64,000 nt of DNA from Lama guanicoe (Eukaryota): positions 4,729,846 to 4,793,845 of the forward strand of contig MU056737.1 of NCBI GenBank assembly GCA_013239625.1. Direction: 5' to 3'. The notes under the pieces were generated by a model, which was not told the origin of the DNA, searched no databases, and saw only the letters and a program-made list of their open reading frames with translations. This document shows positions 26,396 through 38,169 of the stretch, piece after piece (position 1 is the first letter of the stretch; each line of letters starts with the position of its first letter). The translations under genes and the position numbers were made by a program.

Positions 26396-27997
26396 AGCAA
26401 GGGGGCGGGTTCATGGACAGAGCAGTTGCGCTGCTACGGAGGACCCTGGTCCTCCAACGGGAGACGGGAGGCCTCACCACACCCTCCTGTTTATCGCTCA
26501 CGGCAATGCGTGCTCGGGACTTGGGAGAGTCGCTCTTCCAGGTGTGAGACAGAACACGGCTGAACACTGTAACCCGAGTGGCAGTGACTGCGTCCGGTGG
26601 CCCTGCCCCCCTCACCTCCCATGATGCCCGGGGACGAGCCTTGGGGCCCCCGACACGGACGATCACAAACAGGACGGGGCACGCAGGTGAAATCTCTGTG
26701 CCATGTCTGTGCCCCCTCGGAGTTGGGACGTAAGCGTCAGTTGCTTCTGTCGGTCAGATCTGTAAAAGGCGGCGCAGTGGCTGGAATCTGTCACCGGGGG
26801 GAGACGGGGCAGGAGCCCACCTGCTCCCAACTGACCAGAGTGACAGGTCAAAGCGTCACCTGTGTCGGTTACACCCTCAGAGCTGCCAGAAACAGCGACG
26901 GCAGGAAAAGCAGACGAGAAGGAGGCTGGAAACGGAGACCAGAGGCTGACGGGCCTCCTGTGAGTGACGGTGCTCTCACCTGGGGGCGAGTCATCAGGAA
27001 AGATGAACACAAATAACGAAGGACGCTCAGCCTCCTCTACGGAAGCACCGCGTTCCAGACACTCCTGTTTCTGAAGGTCCAACAGAAGCAACCGAAGCCA
27101 CTCAGGGTCCGGAGCCACACAGGCTGAGACATGAGAGGAGGCCAGGACCCGGGCACCACAGGGGTGCGAAGCAGTCCCAGGGGACCTGACTGGCTCACCC
27201 CTTTCAGAGGAACCGGAGCTCAAGCCATTTGAACGCCGCATTGTTCGGAACATCGGCCTTTAAAGCACTCAGACGCCGGGCCCCTGCTCTCCCAGGACCC
27301 GCTGCAGTAACCTGCCCGGCGGGGACGCCCCACCCGGTCCACCGCGCCGTCTGCAAGGGGCTGTCGAAGGCCGTGTGTGAAACAGCCACGTGACGCGCTG
27401 CCGTTTACAACGTGCCTCTGCCCGCCTTACACCATTTGATTCAAATTTCCCACGAGAAGCAGGCATTACAGGCCCAGCCCTGACGCAAAACCCTGAGACA
27501 CCGTCTGGGACACAGAACCCCCTTGAGAGGCCCGATTGTGCCCAGACACCAAACACACCCAGTGGGCGGCCCAGACGCGGGCACTCGTCTTCCCCGAGGG
27601 TATCAGGAGAGCAGTGACGCTGTGCCCGCCGTCAGTGTGGGGCTCATGGCCACCCAGGGCTCCCCGCAAGGTGGGCCGTGAGGCAGCGTCTGGCTTCCAG
27701 GGCACCTGGGGTGCAGAGCTGCACATGAGGTCGGGGTGGGGCAGCTCGTTCCCGTTTCCAGAGGTGCTAACCCAGCGCCTGGACGTCGGGGCTCGTCCAG
27801 GAGGATGCGAGGTGGGGCCAGGGCTGACCGGGGCCAGGGAGGACTCCAGGCCTCGGGGAGGCAGCTGGAGTCTCACGGCCTCCATTCCTCCTCCTTCCTG
27901 GCGGGTGAGGGTGGGCCCGGCTCTGCGCGTCCGTCAGCACAGACGGAGGTTCTGGACCCTGGGATTTAGCTTGGAAGTTGTTCCGTGTGTTTTTTAA

Positions 27998-28014
27998 GGG
28001 AATTCCTGACGTCA
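27998..28014. promoter_or_regulatory. Abutting kB-like site (GGGAATTCC) and full CRE (TGACGTCA)
   Basis: The sequence gggaattcctgacgtca is present; function is inferred only. Confidence 0.35.
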
Positions 28015-28504
28015 TCTTACTTACTGTACTTCCACGCATGCAGTGAAGAAAGTAGAAGAGAGGAACATGTAGTGAGGGGAGAGAGCCCAGTCTACTGGTC
28101 GTGTGGGTGTGTGCAGACCACGTCCACGTCCTGGGGGGCCAAGCGGGCAGCAGGCGGCTCCCCCTGCCGGCTCTGCGGGGCTGCCCGGGGGGACGGCCTC
28201 CTTCCTGAGCCCCAGGGAGCCACACAGAACAAGCAAGGGGCCTCCCATCCCATGAGTCACAGGGTAATTGCCCTTTCAAACCTGCTCTTGTTTCATCTCT
28301 TAATCCCGGCCGAACTACCCCCAAAAGAGGCACGAGGGCTGCAGCCCCACGTCCCCTTCAGCCCTCCTCCAGCCCTGGGCCTGTGCACGCTGAAGTGAAA
28401 TCACAGCGGGAAGGTCTGCGGGGGGCGGGGGGCTGCAGGCCAGCGCTGGGCCGGGGCGTCTGCCTTTCATCACATGGCCTGAGAGGACCTCCAGGGACCA
28501 GGTG

Positions 28505-28518
28505 GTAACCATGGAAAC
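28505..28518. promoter_or_regulatory. Candidate RFX X-box
   Basis: GTAACCATGGAAAC is a near-palindromic RFX consensus match. Confidence 0.4.
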
Positions 28519-29739
28519 GAGGAACCACGAACAGAGAGGAGGGGGGCTTGAAGGAGGTTTGAGACTCTGGTCTGAATCCTGGGCGTGGACGGGAGGGGGG
28601 CCCTGGGGCTCCGGCCCGAGGGAAATGCGTCCCCGGGAGCAGGCACCCTGGTGAGTCTGGTTCCAGGCAGATTCAGGTGGCAGGGAGGTCCCCAGGAGAG
28701 ATGCTCTTGAGTGGCCGGGGCTGTAGGCAGAGAGGGGACTGCAGGCGCGATAGAGGCCGGGAGAGACCCTGGGCCCCTGGGGAGCAGGGAGAGGACCCTG
28801 GGGCTGTGGGCGGAGGGTCCCTGCAGGGCTGGAAGGAAGAGGGCCAGGAAGGACACAAAGGAGCTGCCGAGGACTGGAGAACGGCTGCAGGGGCGTGAAC
28901 AGGAGGGCGTTCTCAGGGACGGCCACGGGGGCCACTGCAGGGGCAGGCTGGACAGAGCTGGACCCGGGGAGCACAGGAGACGTGGGACCACATCAGTATT
29001 CTGCACAGCCAAGGCCCCACATGCTAGCTCTTCGGCGACTTTGGGGGCAAAGCGGTGGAAGCCATCATTCAGGGGCAGTTTAAACACACCAGCCACCTCC
29101 ACCCACGATGTCTCCAGGAGCTCAGCGAGCACCTGGAAAGAGCAGAGCGCGGGCGACTCAGGCAGAGCTGGGAGCCGCGCAGACCCTCTGCTCCAGGCCC
29201 TCTGCCCAGACCCACGGCCTGTGCGTCAGAAGCTGAAGGTCGCGACGGGCAGGGAGTCACCACCTCAACTCCCACCCAAGGACCTGATGTCATAAGACAG
29301 AGAACCAAACCCCACAGGGGCTCGGACAGCGAGTGCGTCACGGATGCCTTCACCCTGGCGACCCGGTGCCAGAGGACGCTCCCATCGGGCAGGAAGGCAG
29401 AGCTGTGCCAGGCCCCACTCTGGGCGGCTGCCAGTGACCGGGCGCCGACTCCCCCGCCCCACCCACTGGGCTTGGGAAGCTGCTCGCAGCCAGGTCGGCA
29501 GCAGGACAGCAGCGCGGCTGGGTCCTGTCAGGGGCGCCGGCCCCCCGGCCCAGCCGTCCGCCCCGGCCCGCAGGGCTTGGGCGGGCGGCAGCCGCAGGGT
29601 GTGCAGGCCCTCTTTGGTGCTCACTCCCGTGTCTCCACCCCAGTTCAGAGGGGGTGCAGCCCACAGACCCCCTCCTGCAGGACAGCCCTGAGAGCGTGAT
29701 GCTCGGCGTCTCCATCTCAGCCTCACGGCACGCGGCTGT

Positions 29740-29897
29740 CACGTACCCTGTTTACGTGGTGCTCCCTCCCCCGAGTCTCCGAGGAAAGGAACCATGTCAC
29801 GTCCGACTCTGCCTCGCCCCAAACACTGAACACAGCACCTCGGGCACAACAAACATTCGTGTTTGTACTCAATATTTTTTGATGTGAACAAACGAAG
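29740..29897 (+). mobile_element. L2 3' end fragment
   Basis: ctccgaggaaaggaaccatgtc...gaacacagcacc...tactcaatattttttgatgtgaacaaacgaa. Confidence 0.45.
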
Positions 29898-30172
29898 TTT
29901 TGGAGCATTAACGTCTCAGAAAAATTAAGTCTATTTTCTAACCCGTCATGCTCCCACATTTGAATCCTCCTGGAAGAGAAACGAATCTGGAAGCAAGCTC
30001 CAGTGGCCCGGTCCGAGGGCGCGCTGCACTGACGCCCGAGCCCAGCGCGCACGCTCGGAACACAGGCGCGCACGGCGGTGGGCTCTGGAAGCTCTCGTTG
30101 GGATGAGCGACGGTCTCTGAGTGCTCAGCACCACTTGGAAGCAACGGCCTGACCATTGTTAGTTCCTCTGGT

Positions 30173-30186
30173 ATCTCCATGGCAAC
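30173..30186 (-). promoter_or_regulatory. Candidate RFX X-box
   Basis: Reverse strand reads GTTGCCATGGAGAT; a SOX-type CCATTGTT lies about 20 bp away. Confidence 0.35.
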
Positions 30187-31500
30187 GTTAATCACAGCAA
30201 ACTCGTTTGGAGAGAACGGAAACTCGTGGCCTCCGGCAACATTCCCCTGCAATCCCGCCTTCATTGACTGGGACATCACGTGAAGGTGTCACCGTGCCTC
30301 ACGACTGAGCACGCGTCTCGCACACTTTGACTAAGATCCAAATCCTGAGCCGATAAAGCAGCAACACGGGGAGGAAAGAAACGCCCTGTTGGCATCTGGG
30401 AGTGAAGCCTCGTGGAGTGGCCCAGCCTTCACGGCCGTGGCCACCGAGGCTGCTGCTGGGACGGGAGGGAAGGGGGCCCCGGGAGGCAGGGCACCGGGAA
30501 CACCTCTGCCTGTGCTTGAACGTGTCAGCTGCACACGCACGGAAGCAGTTCAGAAATGTGTGTTAAACACTCCACTGAATGAAGGAGGCTAACTCACAAA
30601 GACACAAGCTCAGCGTGCATGAACGAGGTGCAGGAAGGCAGAGATTTATATGCAAACTTATACCAAGGTGCAGAAAACACCTTTTTTACCACTTAAGGTA
30701 AGTGTTCAATTTCCAGAGGATAAATTGCAGGCCACCTCATTCAGCAGCGCAATTTTCTCCCCGATGATTGGCACTTGGAGATCGAGGTGGGAAGAGGAGC
30801 GATCACAAGCCCGCACGGCCGGCAAGTGCGGCAGCATCGTTAGAAGAGGTTCCCCAGCAGACGGCGTGCCGCAGCCTCGGCAGAACCGAGCCAGAGGTCA
30901 CGTCAATCACCCGGTTTTTGCTCTGTGTGTTCAAATGCGCATCTTTCCAGGGATGACAGACACTCGCAGACGCACCTGGAAAGCAGCAAACAGCGCCTCA
31001 GATCTTAAAGGCTGAACCGGGCACACGGGCGAGGCATTCAATTGCTGACTGAGAAACACGCAGGACAGGAGAACGCTGACACCGTCCTGACACAGAGGTT
31101 GCTGTGGTCGCTTTGGGGAAAACTGCCGGAACATCACAGCAGGAGAATAGAGGCCCTGCGGGCCGCACCCAGGCCTCCGGAGCCGGGGACCACGCCTGCC
31201 CCACCCCTGCCTCAGGACCCAGGGGTGCGCAGCAGGCTTCAAACGGGGCGTCCTGCCCGGCCTCATCGGCTAAGGGGCCCACGGGATGGATACACACGTT
31301 CTAGAGGCTGAACACAGACAATCAGAGAAAGCCCACCAACATCAAACAGCACATCGCACTTGTGGGGAGGGGCGGTGGAAGGGGGAGGAGACCCGGGACG
31401 CACTTTAATCTTCCCCGTCTCCAGACCTCTTAAGTCGTTGTCCCACCTGGAGGAACTGGCTTCCAGTGTTTACACTTACGTTAATACTCGTATTTATATA

Positions 31501-32074
31501 ACGTGTCCCCCCCGTATCCGCGGTTTCACTCCCCAAAGTTTCAGTTACCGAGGTCAACTGTGGTCCAAAACTACTACAGGGAAAATTCCAGAGGCAAACA
31601 ACTTGTAAGTTTTAAGCTGCGCAGGTGCTGAGCGTCTGATGGACTCTGGCCCTCCAGCCCCGTCCCGCCTGCACCACCCCCACGGACACGGCTCGCTCCC
31701 AGCGTTCGCCCGCCCCTTCCTCGCGGCTGACGGCCCAGCTCCCCGAAGCAGAAGAGCCTTCTTCTGACCGCGGTCAGGAGGCCGGCGGTAGCCCACGGCC
31801 GGGTCACAGCACACCTGCTCGCGGCGCTCGTCGCCAGGAGGGCGGGGCAGCTCAGCAGAGACCAGCCACGTAACTTTCTTCGCAGTCGGCCGTCAAAACT
31901 GCCCTAATCTGCTATTACTGTTGTTAATCCTCGCTGTGCCTGACTTACAAATTAGGCTTGATCCAGGGGTGTACACGGAAAAAACAGAGTATTTGTGGAT
32001 TCGGTGTCACCCTCGCTGCAGGCGTCCAGCGGGGGCCTGGAAAGAGCGCTCTGAGGACACGAGGGGGCCGACTG
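31501..32074. mobile_element. MER44-like TcMar-Tigger element
   Basis: Left end gtccccccc-gtatccgcggtttcactc...gtttcagttaccgaggtcaactgtggtccaaaa...ggaaaattccaga; right end gggggcctggaa...ggacacgagggggccgactg; the termini are inverted. Confidence 0.8.
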
Positions 32075-33329
32075 CACAGGTAATTTACAAAATAATCGGA
32101 GGTTTTACAGAGGAGACTCGCACGGGCCAGGGGTCCCGTGAGAGGTTAACAGCTGTGAGGCACGGCTTTTTCTGTAGCAAACAGCCACCTCCAGTGGTAG
32201 GTGACGGGGGCGGGGCTCCCCGCGCACCTCACTCAAGTTGCAGTGGCTTCCTCGAACTCCAGACGCCTGGTTTCCAGGTAATGGGCAAGGAGCACGTCTG
32301 TAAGATGATAAAAGCACTGATGCAAAATGTCTTTAAATCTGTATTAATTTTTAATGTCAATGTAAAATAACAAAAAAAGAAAAACAATGAAGATAAAAAC
32401 AGTTTACTTTAAAAAGACGACGCAGATGGGAAACATCCTTCTGGTGTTGGACTCTTTCTGGAAACTCATTGCAGGGGCCGCCTATCAGCTGCACCGAGAG
32501 CCTCCGCGGGCTTTTCTGCAGAATAAATCCCCAAGGACACACCTCTGACTCGATCGCTCTGACGGTGGGCGGACGCGGAGCCCGGGGCCGCGGTCCAGTC
32601 GGGAAGGCTCGCTGCCCCCGGGTCTTCAGGCGGATGTGCTGCTGGCCGCAGGGACAAGTCCAGCGCTGAGACAGGGCTCTGACCCGCCTGCAACTCTGAG
32701 GCGTGAGTCCCGGGACTGCACAGCCCACCCACTGCAAGACGCTAGGGCTCTGTTTTGAGAAGATGAAGACTGGGCGAAGGTCTGGGCGAAGCCCTCTGTG
32801 GGCAGGGAGGGCTCGAGGTGCCCGGTCAGCACGTCACTCAGACACTGCGACGCGGAGGGGATGCACCCCCAGCCTTGGTTTCGACATTCGGTTTCAGCCA
32901 CCAGAGACCGGGCTCATTTGGATGGGACCTCGGCCCCCAGAGGCCACGGGATGGGGGCACTGGGCGGGGGCTGGGAGGACCGAGTGTAAAGGAGGGCCGC
33001 CAGAGCCAGAGCAGAGCAGACGCACATCAGACAGGCCAGCGAGCTTGGCAGGCAGAGAAAGGCTCTGGCGGGTGGGGGACGTGCTGGCTCAGAGGGGAGG
33101 CGGCACTGGCCGAGGACCCGGCCTGGGCTCAGCAGGGGATGACGCAGCCTGGTGCCTTCACCATCCTTCCTGTCCCCGGGGAGCGTGCAGCGCCTGACCA
33201 CTCCAGGCTGTACGGGACAAAGCCCATGGCACGCAGGCCGCTTCCGACGGAGCACGACCATCTCAGTCCCTCGCCAGCTCACCGCCTGGCAGGTGCGCGA
33301 TCTCCCTAACCCCGCTCTGACCTCAACCC

Positions 33330-33820
33330 CTCCTGACTAAGGAGCTCACTGGCTGCCCTGTTCACTCAGGAACCCACGGCCTGGCACCAACGGTGGACAA
33401 ATGACAGCCCCTCCCCTCCTGGCCTTCCTGCGACATCCCGGAACCCCGACGGGTGGTTTCCGAGCCCTGAACGTGTGGTCCCGTCTCAAGTCCCCTGTTC
33501 CATTCACTCCCCGGGTCCCGAGTCGCCACCCTCAGCCTCACCTGTCAAAGTCCAGTGCGCGGCCACCCCAGGGGCCACCTTCTCCTCCCTGGTCTCCCTG
33601 AGAGTCCGGCGGGGTTTGGTTCCAGCACTTGGTGGACCCTCCAAGCAATGCTGCAAACCCTGCCTTCTCTTCAGTCCACTGTGTACAGACAGTCACATCC
33701 CTACTGAACCCCGAGGACCTGAGGTCACCAACCAGTATCCTCCCCTCTGTGTCTTTCAGAGCGTCTGGGCGACGCCCCGAATACGACTGCAACACTTGAC
33801 AAATGTGTGCTGAATTGAGC
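33330..33820 (+). mobile_element. L2 fragment with 3' end
   Basis: C-rich L2-like body ending in cacttgacaaatgtgtgctgaattga. Confidence 0.4.
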
Positions 33821-33839
33821 TAAATATTCTGGCATCAGG

Positions 33840-34283
33840 TAATTAGGATAAAATGCTTTTAGGATGTAATTAATGAGACTGACTATTCTGTTTTTAAATG
33901 TATCTAAACTCATTTCACCTTGTTTATATTAAACTGCATTGGGGTGAGGAGCGTTTTACAGTCAATAGAGAATATAAACGCCTTCACCTAAGCCCCAGAA
34001 TCACCAAAGCCAGAATCAAGGCAAGGAGAGTGAGTTGAATCAAATCAGAGGTCATTAACCCAGGGCACTGAGCGTCATGGCTTGTTACGGGTTATTGGGT
34101 TTCACCCAATTTCAAAGGCATGTGTAATTACTAACAGTAAGTTTCAATCAGGAACTATTAGTAGGTATGGAAGACGAAATAGATTCCAGGACAGGAGCCA
34201 GCGGTAGCAGTCCTCGCACCTAATTAACCAGCGCACTAATTATCGAAGGCGCGCTGATTAAGCGCCGTCCGTGACAGCAGGTG
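33840..34283. promoter_or_regulatory. Candidate enhancer with a homeodomain motif cluster
   Basis: TAATTA at 33840, 33867, 34125, 34221 and 34237; TGATTA at 34255; TGACAG at 34272; CAGGTG at 34278; unique, AT-richer sequence. Confidence 0.4.
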
Positions 34284-34447
34284 CCCTTCTGGGCACGGGG
34301 TCCTGGGGCGGACCCTGTGGGCAGGCGGCACGGAGCTCCCCACCCAGGGCTGCTCGGACCCTCAGCAAGCAGATACAACTCAACAGGATCATCTCGGATC
34401 GTGACCGGGCTCTGAATGGAGGAGGGGGGGGCTGCTGAGCGGGGGGC

Positions 34448-34538
34448 NNNNNNNNNNNNNNNNNNNNNNNNNNNNNNNNNNNNNNNNNNNNNNNNNNNNN
34501 NNNNNNNNNNNNNNNNNNNNNNNNNNNNNNNNNNNNNN
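34448..34538. other. Assembly gap (91 N) flanked by G-runs
   Basis: Run of n. Confidence 1.
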
Positions 34539-34579
34539 AGCGGGGGGCGGGGGCGGGGCTGCGGAGATCTGGAAGCCAG

Positions 34580-34850
34580 GATGCCCACCGGGGATGTCTG
34601 GCTGACGTGGGAGGGGTAGAGGCTCAGGGCCCTGGGTGGGGACGAGCAGGGCAGTGGGGACAGGGTGGAGGCAGGGGTGGGGTCACCCCAGGGTGGGGTC
34701 CTCAAGAGTACGAGAAACCCCCGAAGAGCCTTCAGCAGGGACAGCACACAACCTGACTATGCTCCAGAGATCCTGGGGGCAGCTGTGGGGGGAGCGGAGA
34801 CAGTGACCCCCGGCGAGCACGGACGCTGCTCTGACGAGGAGGCGGCCAGC
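34580..34850 (-). mobile_element. L2 fragment, antisense
   Basis: gaaacccccgaagagccttcagcagggacagcacacaacctgactatgctccagagatcc...gcagctgtg resembles reversed L2. Confidence 0.4.
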
Positions 34851-35152
34851 GGGGCAGGTGCGCATGCCCTGGTTACCCACAGGGACACCCACAGTTTAAA
34901 TTCGAAGCAACATTTTTAAAAAGAGTTGAGTGAAGGGCCAAGTGGATTTTAACAGCTACCACCATTTAGGACAAAAGAGGCTGATGGATGCCTGCAGGTG
35001 GCTCGGCTTCCTGGGAGGCTGCGGGCGGTCCTGGTCTCCAGCCTCCGTCCCGTCTTCGGGGTGAAGGCTTTCCTCCCCCCCTTCCTGGCCGCTCGCGCAG
35101 CTCAGGCTGGACGGGCCCCCTGAGTCGTCAGCACCGGGTGTGTGCTGCGTAG

Positions 35153-35211
35153 TCACTTGCTAGATTTATCAGTTGTCTTGACCTTCCTATTCAAGAGCCA
35201 AACCTCTCTTC
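35153..35211 (-). other. Candidate exon (last coding segment of the putative 63-aa ORF)
   Basis: Acceptor attttcatatgttatctag|GAAG; reads REVWLLNRKVKTTDKSSK-stop in phase with the exon at 36216-36264. The true 3' end of the exon is unknown. Confidence 0.3.
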
Positions 35212-35969
35212 CTAGATAACATATGAAAATACTCTGACTCCACATCCTTCCTGAGCAAAGAGAAACCACAGACTATCGGGGAAACTGCTGGCGGGTGCTC
35301 GAGTCCTTCGCTCCGCAGAAGGCTGTGAGCCCCAGTGTCTCAGCCCCGGGCAAGGCAGCCGTTCCTTCGTGCCCACAGCTGTAATGTTGGTGAAAATAAT
35401 GGAGAGGGATTAATTTGAGCATCTTCAACAAACCCCTCAAAGCCACAAACCCAGGAATACAGAAACCAGAGCTAAACTTTTCTCAAAGCTGAGAGCTGGC
35501 TGTCTGACGCCTTTGCAAGGAGTGATGCCTTATAAGACAGGAGGAACTCCTTCAGCCTCCCAGATTCCCTCAGGAACCACGTGTTTCGGCTCCTTCTCCA
35601 AATACGCCTCTCTGCCCTTTCCTGCCATTTCTCAGAGGCTGGAGCAGCGTTTCACCCTGCTGAAGCCAGCGCTTGCTCTGCTGAACGACCACTGTGCAGA
35701 CATGTGCACTCGGCCACGGTGAACGGAGCCTCGGGGGGCCGGCTCTGCGCTGTGGACACACCCTGATCATTACGGCTAACCCGTGAGGCTAGATACTTCA
35801 GCTCTGTTACACACAAAGGGGTCTGGAGGGCAGGGAAGTACAGTGGCTAGCTCAAGTTCACTCAGCTAGAGCTCTGTGACCTCCGGAAAATGGACCACGT
35901 TTGCTTAGGGTCACCCCCTCCTGGCCCCCACAGGGCACTCGCGCTGCCGGACTTGTGTGTTCGTCACAT

Positions 35970-36075
35970 TGGCCCTGTGAGTGCCTGGGCGGAGGGACCA
36001 TTTCTTTTCCTTTGCACACTTAGAATCTACTACAGCACCCAGTGTGCAGTAGGTAGTTAATGAATGTTGAATGGG
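35970..36075 (+). mobile_element. L2 3' end
   Basis: tgtgagtgcctgggcggagggaccat...cagcacccagtgtgcagtaggtagttaatgaatgttgaatg. Confidence 0.55.
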
Positions 36076-36215
36076 TAAAAAAGAAAAAGAACAAACCTTA
36101 AATGTTTGAAATGCTCAGAGGAGACGAAGGGACATTGCTCAGGTTAGCAGGAAAAGAAATTCCCAATAGAAGAACGTGTTAACTGTGAGGCAGAGCTTAA
36201 ACATACTGTCCTTAC

Positions 36216-36264
36216 CTCCGTGGTTTTCTCTGGAAAAGCTACTACTCTTTGGAACTTTAAACAC
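36216..36264 (-). other. Candidate internal exon (49 nt)
   Basis: Acceptor gtgttttctcag|GT and donor GAG|gtaagg are both close to consensus; unique sequence. Confidence 0.45.
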
Positions 36265-36319
36265 CTGAGAAAACACTCTTTCCATAGCTGTGGCTGAAGC
36301 AGCAGTAACAACAGACATA

Positions 36320-36750
36320 GTGATGATGGTGGTGGTGGTGGTGGAGGTGGTGGTAATGGTGGTAGTGGTGATGGTGGTGGTGGTTGACGGCNNNNNNNNN
36401 NNNNNNNNNNNNNNNNNNNNNNNNNNNNNNNNNNNNNNNNNNNNNNNNNNNNNNNNNNNNNNNNNNNNNNNNNNNNNNNNNNNNNNNNNNNNNNNNNNNN
36501 NNNNNNNNNNNNNNNNNNNNNNNNNNNNNNNNNNNNNNNNNNNNNNNNNNNNNNNNNNNNNNNNNNNNNNNNNNNNNNNNNNNNNNNNNNNNNNNNNNNN
36601 NNNNNNNNCTGATGGTGGTGATGGTCGTAGTGGTGGTGATGGCAGTGATGGTGATGGAGTTGGTGACAATGGTGAAGATGTTGACACCACACAAGTGATC
36701 ATGATGACAATGGTGGTGGTGGTAATGGTGATAGTGATAATGATGATAAT
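36320..36750. repeat. (TGG/TGA)n trinucleotide simple repeat containing a 217-N gap (36392-36608)
   Basis: Seen directly. Confidence 0.95.
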
Positions 36751-36754
36751 ATTT

Positions 36755-36960
36755 GTTAACAACACTGCTTTGTTGAGTGTGCACTATGTACTAGGAATCA
36801 TTCTAAGTTCTTACATCATATTTAATTCATTAGAATTCTATGAAAGTGGTACTATTATAACCCACATTTTATAGGTGGAGAAACTGAGGTAACTTGTCTA
36901 TCTATTACTTGGTCAATATGGAGAAAAGCCAGCATCTTGACCCAGGCAGCCTGCCTGAAG
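36755..36960 (-). mobile_element. MIR SINE
   Basis: ttgagtgtgcactatgtactagg...attataacccacattttataggtggagaaactgagg...ttgacccaggcagcctg is the MIR core. Confidence 0.8.
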
Positions 36961-37000
36961 AGGAATACCACATTTTTAGTTTCTCTTTTTATTATGGGTA

Positions 37001-37483
37001 TGTGTGGTGTTTTAACGAGGTCCACAAGTTGCTTGATACTGTTCCCTTCAAGAGGTGGAGCCAAATTCCCCTCCTCTGGGCTGTGACCTGGACTTAGAAA
37101 GTCACGTCCAGTGACTGGAGTGGAATGGGAGGGACCCGGTCATCATGGTGCTGTGGCTTCCTGCTGGTTGTCCTTCTCTCAGACCACTTGCTCCTGGGGC
37201 AGCCAGTTGCCATGTGTGGACATCCCTGTGGACGGTCCTTGTGGCGAGGAACCAAGGCCTCTGGCCAACAGACGTGTGAGGGTGCCATTTTGTTAGCAGA
37301 CACTTCAGCCCCAGTCAAACCTTCAGATGAGATCTCCCGCCAGGCCTGCAGTTCAACAACTGTCTCCTAAAAACCATTTGACTTGGCAGCTCCCAGATTT
37401 CTGAAACTCTGTGAAATAATAATGCTTGCTGTTTTATGCTGGCAAGTGTAGGATAATTGGTTGTACATTACATACTGAATACA
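37001..37483 (+). mobile_element. MaLR solo LTR (MLT1F-like)
   Basis: TG...CA ends; cccttcaagaggtggagcc, gcagccagttgccatgt, cttcagccccagtcaaaccttcagatga, tgtgaaataataatgcttgctgtttta. Confidence 0.8.
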
Positions 37484-38117
37484 GCTCATTTCCTCAGTGA
37501 ACGAAGGCTTTGTGAGGATCCATCCCACTGGACCTTCCTTTGCAATGTGATCCTACTTTTATTACAGCTCAGTGGCCACCACGTTTTGATAACCTGGCAA
37601 AAATTCAGCAGTGAAGGGAGTGGTGAGAGCATTACCACGTCACTGAGATTTTTCTGCGAAAGCTGGAGCTTGGTATCACTGTGACCACGGTGTTCTTTTC
37701 ACACAGTCGATCTGTGACTCTCAGACCAATGGGATGAGCTGGACACTGAGAGGCCTCTGGTCCCTCAGCCTCTGGCTGGGAAAGTTCTTAAACCAGGCAC
37801 TCTTTTCATTTCAAGAAAGAATATTCTTCAAAAATCTTAGAAACACAGTTACGTTTTCTCAAAGGCCAAACTAAATTATACCACCTCTGCAAGAGAGACT
37901 TCCAGGACCGAGGAGCTCCACATTCCACGTGAGGGTCAGCGCTGTGCCTGCAGCTACCCCGGAAGACCAGCGGTCCCCTCCACCGAGGGGGCTGAGAGCA
38001 AAACAGTGAAACAGCTGACCCATATCTGCCTTCCTGAGGTCAACAAACCGGCTAATACATCTAAAACATACAAAAACCTGACTCCAGTCACAGACATGGA
38101 TGTTTTAAGAACAGTAC

Positions 38118-38169
38118 TTTCCACTCCAGGTCCTTTTGGTTGAAAGCAGGTGAGTGAAGAGATTTTCTT
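38118..38169 (-). other. Candidate internal exon (52 nt)
   Basis: Acceptor gttctttgtag|AAG; donor AAA|gtactg is weak; the phase links the exons at 40.2 kb and 36.2 kb. Confidence 0.25.

Noticed and set aside
29938-30279. Minus-strand ORF GNVAGGHEFPFSPNEFAVINVAMEIPEELTM as a coding exon
   Set aside because: The acceptor lacks a pyrimidine tract, the donor is weak and the peptide is unrecognised; a regulatory reading fits better.
36139-36874. Poly-His/Thr/Val/Pro ORFs
   Set aside because: Translations of a trinucleotide repeat read through an N-gap. The His/Pro/Ser/Ile ORFs near 55.1-55.4 kb likewise come from (CCAT)n.
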